Below, one piece after another: positions 27,724-36,516 of a stretch of DNA of 64,000 nt. Position numbers and translations under genes: made by a program. The notes beneath the pieces were generated by a model that did no database searches, had not been told where the DNA came from, and saw only the letters and a list, made by a program, of their open reading frames with translations. Position 1 is the first letter of the stretch; each line of letters begins with the position of its first letter. Source of the DNA: Bacteroidota bacterium (GTDB taxonomy: Bacteria > Bacteroidota > Ignavibacteria > 0-14-0-80-59-12); the NCBI GenBank assembly GCA_049973045.1, contig JBMFJZ010000001.1:190316-254315 (forward strand), written 5' to 3'.

Positions 27724-29165
27724 CCACTGTAACGAGCCAGCGCGTTTTACGTAACGCAACGATACTGTTCATTTCACAAGTGCTGACAAAGCTCATTGCC
27801 TTTGCAAATTTTCTCATTCTCACCCGGCTGTTAGGAGATCGTGGATTTGGCGAGATGAGCTTTGGACTCTCATATGCAGTACTGTTTATCGTGATTTCAA
27901 ATTTAGGCGTGGACACGATTGTTATTCGGGATATCGCTCAGAAGCAGCAAGACCCCGAGCTTCTTGTCGGCAACTCAGCGGCGCTCAGATTTGTTTTGAC
28001 TCTCCTTACGTTGGCGATGGCAATTGGCAGTAGCTTCGTCTTTGGATATTCTGGGTATCTTAGGCTTGTTATTTTCCTCTATGCCTTGGTGGTTATGGAA
28101 GATGCATATGCGCGCCTTCTGCTTAACGTTTTCAGAGCATACCAGCGGATGGAATATGAGGCAATCGTATTGTTGGTCGAGAAGATTTTAATTTTTGGTG
28201 GGCTTGCTGTGGGCTTTCTGCTTCGCATCAATGTTTATCAGGTGGCACTGATCTATATCGGAGCCGGGGTCATCAAGCTTGTTCTCACTGTCCTTCTGAT
28301 GGAGAGGCGGTTTCTTCATCTTTCACTGCAATGGGACGTTAAGTTCTGGCGATCGATTCTGCATGAGTCCATCCCATTTGCGGGTATCATCATGTTGGGG
28401 ACAATTAGTTGGAAAATTGACACTGTGATGTTGCAAGCGATGAAAGGAGAGACCGTTGTTGGTTGGTATGCAGCACCATATCGAATCATTGAAACGCTGC
28501 TGTTTGTTCCTGACGCCGTTGGCTCTGCTTTGATGCCCGCTGTGGCATCGCTCTTTGTCAGTGCTCGGTGGAAGGTGGCGAGTGGCGTTCGACAGGGAAT
28601 TCGATTGCTCGCCTTCGTTGGCATTGGGCTTGCAATAGGTGGGACAACATTAAGTCGTGAATTGCTTGGCCTTGTTCTTGGCCCCCATTTTGCTCCATCG
28701 ATTCCGGCATTTCAAATCCTCGTGTGGGCGATGGCTTTTATTTTTATTGAGTATGTGACAAGTAACACGCTCACTGCGACACATCTTCAAATGAAAATGA
28801 TACTAATTTCAGCAATTGGGGTCGTTGTCAACGTCTCCCTTAATCTTTTTCTAATTCCTAAATATAGCCTCATTGGGGCAAGTATTGCTACGGTGGTTAC
28901 AGAAGCCTGTAATGCCACGTTAGGTCTGTACTTTATCTGGAGGTTGCTTAGAGAATCAATTCTTTCCGTCGACATTTTTAAGTATATCCTGGCAGGCATC
29001 ACAATGGGTTTGGTGATTATCGGACTTAAGTCATTTAGCTGGATAACTGCCGGGCTTGTAGGGTCCGTGATTTATGTGGTTGTGGCATTTCTTCTGAAAG
29101 GAATCCGACAAGTAGATGTGGCTCTTGTGAGAGAATTCATTGCTCGACGTGGAAGGGTTGAATGA
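27720..29165 (+). CDS. Polysaccharide biosynthesis protein / oligosaccharide flippase (Wzx-like, MOP superfamily)
   Basis: 481 aa, ~12-14 predicted TM helices, Wzx-like N-terminus. Confidence 0.8.
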   Translation: MTTVTSQRVLRNATILFISQVLTKLIAFANFLILTRLLGDRGFGEMSFGLSYAVLFIVISNLGVDTIVIRDIAQKQQDPELLVGNSAALRFVLTLLTLAMAIGSSFVFGYSGYLRLVIFLYALVVMEDAYARLLLNVFRAYQRMEYEAIVLLVEKILIFGGLAVGFLLRINVYQVALIYIGAGVIKLVLTVLLMERRFLHLSLQWDVKFWRSILHESIPFAGIIMLGTISWKIDTVMLQAMKGETVVGWYAAPYRIIETLLFVPDAVGSALMPAVASLFVSARWKVASGVRQGIRLLAFVGIGLAIGGTTLSRELLGLVLGPHFAPSIPAFQILVWAMAFIFIEYVTSNTLTATHLQMKMILISAIGVVVNVSLNLFLIPKYSLIGASIATVVTEACNATLGLYFIWRLLRESILSVDIFKYILAGITMGLVIIGLKSFSWITAGLVGSVIYVVVAFLLKGIRQVDVALVREFIARRGRVE

Positions 29166-29172
29166 AGAAACT

Positions 29173-30195
29173 ATGGATCCGTTAGCTAAGGTGCTCTTTT
29201 ACCAATATCCGTCGCACATCCTGCTGCCCGGCGGAGGCCAGGTTCAGCTCTCACAAACATTTCAAGCGCTGAGAGCGCTTGGAGTGAATGTTTCTCTTTT
29301 CAATGCATGGTCTACACCTGATGGTGTTGGTATCTTGCATGTATTTGGAAGCGAATACTTCAATTTCGAAATCGTCCGGGTTGCAAAAACGTTAGGGTGG
29401 AGTGTCGTCATCTCACCGATATTCTTTGCACGAAACGAGCATGTTAGCCGACTATGGGGAGCCATCGACCAATTTCTCCCTTTGAGAACGTCGTTCGGGC
29501 TCCGACGTGATTTGCTTCGCATGTGCGATGCAATCCTTCCAAATTCTTGTGCTGAATTGGAGCAACTTTGTAAGATCTTTGGCGTTGATCGAAGGAAATG
29601 CTTCGTTATTCCCAATGCCGCTGAAGCACGCTTTGCTGAGGTCTCCCCTGAATTATTTGCTGAGAAGTACGGCTTGAAGGGCTTTGTTCTCTCCGTTGGA
29701 CGAATTGAGCCCAGAAAAAACCAGTTGCGTCTTGTTCAGGCTCTTGGCGGGAGCAAGATTCCACTTGTTCTGATCGGAGAAAAAGTCGATCAACAGTACG
29801 CTGTCCGAGTTTTAAAAGAAGCAGAAAAATTTCCGAATATCTATTATCTTGGTGAGATAGACCATGAAGATGAGCTGTTAGCCTCTGCGTACGCAGCCGC
29901 GCGTGTGCATGTGCTGGCAAGTCTTGGGGAAACACCCGGAATTGCAAATCTCGAGGCAGCACTTGCCGGATGCTCCATTGTCTCACCAGACGTTGCGCCA
30001 GCACGAGAATACTTCGGTGCATATGCCCACTACTGTGATCCTCTGGATATTAAGTCAATAAGGCTTGCTGTGCAGTGTGCTTTCGATGCTGGTGGCAGTG
30101 ATGAGCTTCGGAAGCATGTTCTTGCCTATTTTACCTGGGAAAGAAGTGCAAAGCTTACTATTCAAGTCTATGAGGAGATATTGAAAGGTAGGTAA
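29173..30195 (+). CDS. Glycosyltransferase family 1 (GT4-type)
   Basis: C-terminal GT-B motif GETPGIANLEAALAGCSIV; start taken at ATG 29173. Confidence 0.8.
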   Translation: MDPLAKVLFYQYPSHILLPGGGQVQLSQTFQALRALGVNVSLFNAWSTPDGVGILHVFGSEYFNFEIVRVAKTLGWSVVISPIFFARNEHVSRLWGAIDQFLPLRTSFGLRRDLLRMCDAILPNSCAELEQLCKIFGVDRRKCFVIPNAAEARFAEVSPELFAEKYGLKGFVLSVGRIEPRKNQLRLVQALGGSKIPLVLIGEKVDQQYAVRVLKEAEKFPNIYYLGEIDHEDELLASAYAAARVHVLASLGETPGIANLEAALAGCSIVSPDVAPAREYFGAYAHYCDPLDIKSIRLAVQCAFDAGGSDELRKHVLAYFTWERSAKLTIQVYEEILKGR

Positions 30196-30196
30196 A

Positions 30197-31315
30197 ATGA
30201 GAATAGCTGTTAACGGAGCAATTATCGGGAAAAAGCTTACCGGCTTGGGTGTCTATGCAACCAACGTTGTCAAGGAGCTTGCTTCTTGGTGTCGTGAAGT
30301 GATCGTGTATACGTCGGTGCCAGTTGATGGGGTGCCTGTCGTGCGACGTATTCCGCCCTTAGTTCGGCCTGAGTTCAGGTTGAAGGGACATGCATGGCGG
30401 TTGCTCTGGACGCAAAGTGTGCTTCCATGGCACATTTTGATTGACCGCCCCGATGTCCTGTTCAATCCATTGCCAGAAGGTCCGCTGTTTGCCAAAATTC
30501 CAATGGTGACGGTCACACACGATCTTATCCCGTTGCGGTATCCCGATGATCATCCTCGACAGCAGTATTACTTTCGGCATCTCGTGCCCGCTGTTCTCCA
30601 TCGCTCTCGCAGGATCATTGCCGATTCGACAGCGACAAAAGAGGATATCCAGTCATTTTACGGAATTGATGGTGAGCGCATTGCAGTAGTGCCGGCTGGC
30701 TACGATAGCACGGTATTTATTCCCGAAGGTGATCGCTGGAGTTTGTCGGCAATCCCGACAAGCACGGAGGGGCGTTATCAACTGCGTGGATACATTCTCT
30801 ATGTGGGGAATTTATTCCCCCACAAAAATCTTGCCCGACTCATCAGAGCGTTTCGCAGCTTCTGGCATGAATTCCGTATTGCACTTGTCATTGCTGGTGA
30901 CCGTGATCCTCGATTTATCTCTTTCCTTGAGTCAGAAGTAGGATCGGCTCCAGTGTTCATCATGGGCTATGTGAGTGCTTCGATACTACCAGCCCTTTAT
31001 CGTGGAGCTGAGTTATTTGTGCTGCCGTCGCTTTACGAAGGTTTTGGACTTACGCCCTTAGAGGCGATGGCATGCGGAACACCGGTTGCGCTTTCGCGCA
31101 TTGCACCTCTTACTGAATTAGCTGGAGATGCTGCTATATACTTCGATCCAATGGATGAAGCGTCAATTGCAGAAGCGTTGCGAACGGTGCTCGCCGATAG
31201 TGCGTTGCGGGTGTCTCTTCGCGAGAAAGGGCTGCAGCGGGCTCAGCGTTTTTCCTGGGAGCGAACAGCGAGACTTGTTTTTAAAGAGCTACGCACAGTA
31301 CTGAATGTAGAATGA
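30197..31315 (+). CDS. Glycosyltransferase family 1 (GT4-type)
   Basis: LYVGNLFPHKN and LPSLYEGFGLTPLEAMACGTPV motifs. Confidence 0.85.
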   Translation: MRIAVNGAIIGKKLTGLGVYATNVVKELASWCREVIVYTSVPVDGVPVVRRIPPLVRPEFRLKGHAWRLLWTQSVLPWHILIDRPDVLFNPLPEGPLFAKIPMVTVTHDLIPLRYPDDHPRQQYYFRHLVPAVLHRSRRIIADSTATKEDIQSFYGIDGERIAVVPAGYDSTVFIPEGDRWSLSAIPTSTEGRYQLRGYILYVGNLFPHKNLARLIRAFRSFWHEFRIALVIAGDRDPRFISFLESEVGSAPVFIMGYVSASILPALYRGAELFVLPSLYEGFGLTPLEAMACGTPVALSRIAPLTELAGDAAIYFDPMDEASIAEALRTVLADSALRVSLREKGLQRAQRFSWERTARLVFKELRTVLNVE

Positions 31316-31372
31316 CTTGAAGATGAAATAGAATCTAACAAACGAAGCTTAACCTGAAGGAGTGCAGTTGAA

Positions 31373-31951
31373 ATGAGGCTTGGAATTTTTGGTGGTTCAT
31401 TTAACCCCCCGCACATTGGGCATTTGATTGTTGCAGAACGAGTGAGGGAATCTGTTTTGCTCGATAGAATTCTGTTTGTCCCAACGGCTGTTCCTCCTCA
31501 TAAAGGTATGGTTGATCTTGTTGATGCCCAGCACCGCTTAGCGATGGTGCAACTTGCGATAAAGGACAATCCATTCTTTGAACTCTGTGACTGCGAAGTG
31601 AAGCGAGGCGGTATCTCCTATACGATCGAAACAATCCGCGAACTCAAGGCTTATTACACCGGGAATGAATTCTACCTCATCATTGGTTTGGATAATTTCC
31701 TCGGCTTCCACCGGTGGCGAGACCCGGAGGCAATCCTCGCCGAGGTAGTGCTCATTGTAATGGATCGCCCTGGCTCCAACGAAAGCCCCAATAGTTCTCC
31801 CTACGTTGATCGAGCATTATTTGTTGAGGTTCCTCTGATAGAAATTTCAGCGTCGATGATACGAGAAAAAGTGAAGTCAGGAGAATCAATACGGTATATG
31901 GTTCCGAGAGATGTAGAAGAGTATATTTATTCTCAGAACCTATACCGGTGA
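31373..31951 (+). CDS. nadD: Nicotinate-nucleotide adenylyltransferase
   Basis: GIFGGSFNPPHIGH nucleotidyltransferase motif. Confidence 0.9.
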   Translation: MRLGIFGGSFNPPHIGHLIVAERVRESVLLDRILFVPTAVPPHKGMVDLVDAQHRLAMVQLAIKDNPFFELCDCEVKRGGISYTIETIRELKAYYTGNEFYLIIGLDNFLGFHRWRDPEAILAEVVLIVMDRPGSNESPNSSPYVDRALFVEVPLIEISASMIREKVKSGESIRYMVPRDVEEYIYSQNLYR

Positions 31952-31958
31952 AGCGAAG

Positions 31959-31991
31959 CAACAGGCAATTCACGCTACGCTTTGCCTGTTC
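31959..31991. terminator. Stem-loop between convergent genes (possible bidirectional terminator)
   Basis: Inverted repeat AACAGGCAA (31960-31968) / TTGCCTGTT (31982-31990) with 13 nt loop, between the nadD stop and the stop of the minus-strand gene at 32013. No clear U-tract. Confidence 0.4.
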
Positions 31992-32012
31992 TGGGAAGTC
32001 GAGACAAGACCA

Positions 32013-34547
32013 TCACCTGATAAGCATCATCTTCCTTGTTTCGGTGAAGTTGCCAGCGGTCAGCGTGTAGAAGTAAACCCCGCTTGGCACTAACTGTCCA
32101 AACTGATTTTTACCATTCCATTTTACTTGATGGATTCCTGGATCAACTTCTCTGTTGATGAGGGTGGTAACCTCTCTTCCCAAGACGTCAAAAATTCTTA
32201 CAACCACGTTCCTACGGACAGGTAATGCAAAAAGAATATCTGTGTATGCATTTCCGCCGTAAGCGGGTCCGCCTCTGGTGGAGAATGGGTTGGGATAATT
32301 CTGGTAGAGTTCAAATCCATGGGGTACTGCCTCCGGCTCTTTGAGAGAGGTGGTATGAAGTGGGTAGCTTACTCTCAAATTATCTACATAAATGACACCA
32401 CCGTATGTCTTGTTCAAACTGCGCCTGACTCCTCCGCCAAGCAGGACGCCAATTTGAGTGAGTGTTATCGGATAGTTGAAACTTGAGGAACTGCTTGATG
32501 CATACGCAGGTATCGGGACGAATTTAGTTGAGTCGCTTGCCAGCACTCTGGAATAAAACTGAAATTGCCCACCATCATCGTCAGTCACTGTAAAGAACAC
32601 CACGTGGGATAGCGAATCGGCTTGAACATCTATCCATAAAGAATCGGGCACGCCGTAGATAGGGATCTGTGTGTTCAGGTACACATAACTCGGGTTCAGA
32701 TCGTAAGTGAATTTGTAATTGATTTTCAACGACTTTTGCCCAATTGATGAGCGATTTTCCGCCAACGTAACAAACGTGTTTGCCGGATCCACATTCTTGA
32801 AAGTAAAAGACCAGCCTGCAGTGCCTTCAATGGAATCTAATAAGGCGAAACCTCTCCCAATTTGTACACTCACTTCAGCAGTGTCTGTAAGCCCAAAATA
32901 CGAGGCTGCTATGAAAGTGCTACCTGACTGTCTCCCATGAAACACACCATTGCTGTCGATGATGCCTACAGCGGCATTCGTGGAGGACCATACCACCTTT
33001 GACTTATCAACCGATCGTTGCATCCCATCGATGTCATAGGCTTGCACCGTAAATATTACAGGGCGAGTGGTATCTGTAACTACTTTTCGCGGAGCGATTA
33101 CGATATTTCGAAGACCTTTCACGACGACGAACGCTGAGTCGCGGAGGTTCTCATAACTTGCAATGACATATCCGCTGTCGACAGAGCTTCCCGCTTTGAA
33201 AAGTCCATCAGGTGATATAGTTCCAATCCGTGGGTCGGCAGTAAACTGCAGCTTGGAAGAATCAACTTGAAGTGGATTATAATACTTATCCAGTACTGAG
33301 ATGCTGAATCGAAAAGTCTCTTCTTTGAAGATCCTTAGACTCTTTGGCTTAATCTCAATGGAAGATGCCACAGTGTCTCGCCTTGCTGTTGAGACAACAA
33401 GCAAAGCATTTGCCACGCTCCGTTCAGTCGGATCAGAGGGCGAATTGACGACAGAACCGCGCACCACCATTGTTGTTGAGCCACCACCATCGAAGTTGAT
33501 TCCGTGGTAGACTCCAAGATGAATCATCAGCGCGGCAAGCTCTTTGAGAGTCATCCCAACGCTGAAACCAGCTTGACGACCATCCACTGTGATCAGGTAG
33601 AGTTTAGAGCTATCAGCCGAAATTCCAGCACCTGTTCGCGGATGTCGCTGGTATGTGTGGTCCGGTCCACCTTCCTCTGCATACCCCCGATCAACATAGT
33701 CAAGTCCGTTGAAGACTATCTTCGGGAATCCTCCAAGCATTTCTTTCAATTTAGCAAGACTCGGAGTTAGATGCAGCGCGATTTTGACCGTGTCTCCTTT
33801 ATGCAGTTTGCTTGATAGGAAGGTAGATGCGACTCCATGTCCGGAGAGAACTGCACCACCTTTCGGGATCGACATATTTCCAACATATCCCACTATGGTA
33901 TCCACAACGCAAGCGACCGTGTCGTTGACAAACCATTCACCAAGAGGATGGACCTTCACCTCAGTCCCCCATTGGTTTGTGCCTGTGGTGCTTCCCATAT
34001 AAGAGTTGTAAAGGATAAGTGCATTAGTGTATCTCCACTCGTTGACCCCATTGATATTGACCGCAGTGTCACTGGTAATGAGGGAACCGCTGAATGACAC
34101 AATGCTTAAGGAGGGACGCTTGTCCATATCGAAACCAAGAGTAGATGTTTGGATTGGTCGGCGAAGTATTTCACCATTTTTCACCTGAACGTTGATAGGA
34201 ATCCCTGTCCCAGTATCGTAAAAATCGCCATTAATTGCCCCGACAACAAAATGGCCATCGTAGGTATTTCTATTTGCCATAGAACTTGTTCTTTCGAACC
34301 CGGCAAGTCTGTCCTGAGCTTTTGCAGTCTCAATCCTTATGTATGGATTTTTTAGATCGACTTCGAGGACGTTTATGTTCCACGGTACAGAGGAAACATA
34401 AATTCTGGTATAAACAATCCCCGGTCCGACAGGCTTGCTTAAGAGTGTGTCATATTTGATCTGACTCACTGAGATTGATGGCGTCAGTGCAGCAAGCCAG
34501 AGTGATGCCCATACAAGCGACAACTTGCTCAATGTTCTATACTTCAT
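32013..34547 (-). CDS. Secreted phosphodiester-glycosidase (NAGPA/DUF2233-like) protein with Ig-like domains and T9SS CTD
   Basis: Signal peptide; INFDGGGSTTMV motif of the phosphodiester glycosidase fold; Big_2-like repeats; C-terminal LYQNYPNPFSTRGGPAYGG...; RBS GGGAGG. Confidence 0.7.
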   Translation of the reverse strand: MKYRTLSKLSLVWASLWLAALTPSISVSQIKYDTLLSKPVGPGIVYTRIYVSSVPWNINVLEVDLKNPYIRIETAKAQDRLAGFERTSSMANRNTYDGHFVVGAINGDFYDTGTGIPINVQVKNGEILRRPIQTSTLGFDMDKRPSLSIVSFSGSLITSDTAVNINGVNEWRYTNALILYNSYMGSTTGTNQWGTEVKVHPLGEWFVNDTVACVVDTIVGYVGNMSIPKGGAVLSGHGVASTFLSSKLHKGDTVKIALHLTPSLAKLKEMLGGFPKIVFNGLDYVDRGYAEEGGPDHTYQRHPRTGAGISADSSKLYLITVDGRQAGFSVGMTLKELAALMIHLGVYHGINFDGGGSTTMVVRGSVVNSPSDPTERSVANALLVVSTARRDTVASSIEIKPKSLRIFKEETFRFSISVLDKYYNPLQVDSSKLQFTADPRIGTISPDGLFKAGSSVDSGYVIASYENLRDSAFVVVKGLRNIVIAPRKVVTDTTRPVIFTVQAYDIDGMQRSVDKSKVVWSSTNAAVGIIDSNGVFHGRQSGSTFIAASYFGLTDTAEVSVQIGRGFALLDSIEGTAGWSFTFKNVDPANTFVTLAENRSSIGQKSLKINYKFTYDLNPSYVYLNTQIPIYGVPDSLWIDVQADSLSHVVFFTVTDDDGGQFQFYSRVLASDSTKFVPIPAYASSSSSSFNYPITLTQIGVLLGGGVRRSLNKTYGGVIYVDNLRVSYPLHTTSLKEPEAVPHGFELYQNYPNPFSTRGGPAYGGNAYTDILFALPVRRNVVVRIFDVLGREVTTLINREVDPGIHQVKWNGKNQFGQLVPSGVYFYTLTAGNFTETRKMMLIR

Positions 34548-34580
34548 CTCTTGTGCCTCCCTATGTTTGACTGTGACACG

Positions 34581-35780
34581 TTACTTGATGAGAAGCATTC
34601 TCCTCGATTCGGAATAATTTCCTGCAATTAGCCGTATTACGTAAACTCCGCTGGGTAAATTCGAACCATCGAACTGGCTCTTATAGAAACCGGGTGAGAG
34701 TTCTCTATCGACCAGGGTGGCGACTTCTTGGCCGAGCATATCGTATACACGGAGGGACACCTTTGCCTGCGATCTAATTGAGAACTCGATTGTGGTTGCT
34801 GGGCTTCCGCCGTAGGCGGATCCACCTCTAACAGAAAATGGATTCGGATAGTTTTGCAGTAAACTATAGCCAGGCGGGACAGAGTTCAACTCTTTTTCGA
34901 CGTAGCTCGGGGTCCAGCTCACAGTAGCGTATTCATTCCAGGTGGCTGATGTCATTATATGGTATGCCCACAAGCTCACGCCTTGATAGTGGTATCCTTG
35001 GGCTACATTGCAAAAGCTGCTTATATCACCCGGATAAACAGGGTTGCCATAACCGAAGTAGCCTCCCTGTCCAATTGGAACTATTGGTGTTGTAACACCC
35101 CATATGGGGTACCACCATCCAAACTCGCTTTGCATGCGGTCAACTTCTTGCTTGGGAGTAAGCTTCCTTGCTGCCCAGTACGTTTGGGGCATGTTTACAT
35201 CCACTTTTTTAAGAAATGCTACCCAAGGGAAAGTAGAATGTACGCTAACACGAGCCCACGAGGTAAGTCCTACAAAGCTTTGCAAATGATGCGCCCTTAT
35301 GCTATCCATGTAACTTGCCGCAATGACCGTACGGTTCTGCAATGTATCAAATTCTATTTCAGCATCAACAAGCAAGCCGTCCAAGTCCGGTACATCAAGT
35401 ATCATGTTAGCCACATCTGCCTCGGTTACACCAATCCCCCAGCGTGGAGTGCCATAAATATACTGAAATCCAAAGAGCTCTATTCCGTTCTGGTGGAATA
35501 TTTTTACAACATTTTCCATCCCGCCGTAATTAAGTGCCCAGGTATACAGGGATTTGCCTGGTCTATTATAGTAGCTGTCACTGTCACCCATCTTAATAAC
35601 TACCCAGGTTACTCCTGAATTCTTCAGACGATTGATTATAGCCGTCAGATCACCACTCTCTACACTCCAGATCATCCAGATCCACATTCCCTTTGCTGCA
35701 GTTGGGACGAGAGCCTGCGCAACTGCAGCCAAGAATCCCGTGAGTACAAGTACAAAAATGATTGCTATTTTGACTTTCAT
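34581..35780 (-). CDS. Secreted glycoside-hydrolase-like (TIM-barrel-like) protein with T9SS CTD
   Basis: Signal peptide; C-terminal LLQNYPNPFSVRGGSAYGGSP...; catalytic domain family uncertain. Confidence 0.55.
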   Translation of the reverse strand: MKVKIAIIFVLVLTGFLAAVAQALVPTAAKGMWIWMIWSVESGDLTAIINRLKNSGVTWVVIKMGDSDSYYNRPGKSLYTWALNYGGMENVVKIFHQNGIELFGFQYIYGTPRWGIGVTEADVANMILDVPDLDGLLVDAEIEFDTLQNRTVIAASYMDSIRAHHLQSFVGLTSWARVSVHSTFPWVAFLKKVDVNMPQTYWAARKLTPKQEVDRMQSEFGWWYPIWGVTTPIVPIGQGGYFGYGNPVYPGDISSFCNVAQGYHYQGVSLWAYHIMTSATWNEYATVSWTPSYVEKELNSVPPGYSLLQNYPNPFSVRGGSAYGGSPATTIEFSIRSQAKVSLRVYDMLGQEVATLVDRELSPGFYKSQFDGSNLPSGVYVIRLIAGNYSESRRMLLIK

Positions 35781-36439
35781 TCCAAGCCTCCAGGATTTTC
35801 TTTCTCACACTGAAGTAATGAAAATGAATAGAGTATTTGATTGAATTGCCTTATGGTTGAACTGGTTGCGTCTTGCATCATGTGCAAGAGAGAGGACTGA
35901 ATTTCTTCCTTGGTCAATTTCTTATCGTTGATCACCTCGCCCGGCTTGCCCGATTGAAGGTCTTGTACAAGTGATATGACGTAATAACGATCTTTCTGAA
36001 GTGTGTAGCAATTAACCACCGCCTCCCATGCGCCCATGCCTGCATAGACTGCCCAGTATTCTCTCCGGAATTTCAGTCCATTTACCGTAATGGAATCAAT
36101 TAATAATCGGTCAATTAACAGATCCGCCTGAGCATTTTGATTCAGAAAATACCGTCCGCCGTAAGAACCCGGTAAATACACAAATGGTTCATTGGACACA
36201 GATACATAAGCGTACGGCGTAGACCCGTTCAGTCCGGATAGAGCGGAGAACTTGATCGAATAAGTTGCACTGTCTTCTCTCACAACCTCACCTGCAGTCT
36301 TGAACGAAAAACCAAAAGACTTGTTCGTGACCGTCTTCACCGACGACGAGATCTGGTCTTTGGGTTGTTGAGCAAAAGCAAGGAGATTATAAGATATGAC
36401 CAATACTGACACTGCAAGAATTTTGCATTTAGTAATCAT
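35777..36439 (-). CDS. Hypothetical secreted protein
   Basis: 220 aa ORF with signal peptide (ILAVSVLVISYNLLAFAQQ); stop overlaps the downstream gene start by 4 nt. Confidence 0.5.
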   Translation of the reverse strand: MITKCKILAVSVLVISYNLLAFAQQPKDQISSSVKTVTNKSFGFSFKTAGEVVREDSATYSIKFSALSGLNGSTPYAYVSVSNEPFVYLPGSYGGRYFLNQNAQADLLIDRLLIDSITVNGLKFRREYWAVYAGMGAWEAVVNCYTLQKDRYYVISLVQDLQSGKPGEVINDKKLTKEEIQSSLLHMMQDATSSTIRQFNQILYSFSLLQCEKENPGGLE

Positions 36440-36516
36440 AGCGTAACCCCCTTTCTATCCATCTTATTATTTTGAGTCCTGCTGAAAAGCAATGTGTCAA
36501 GAATTTGCTGCTTTCT

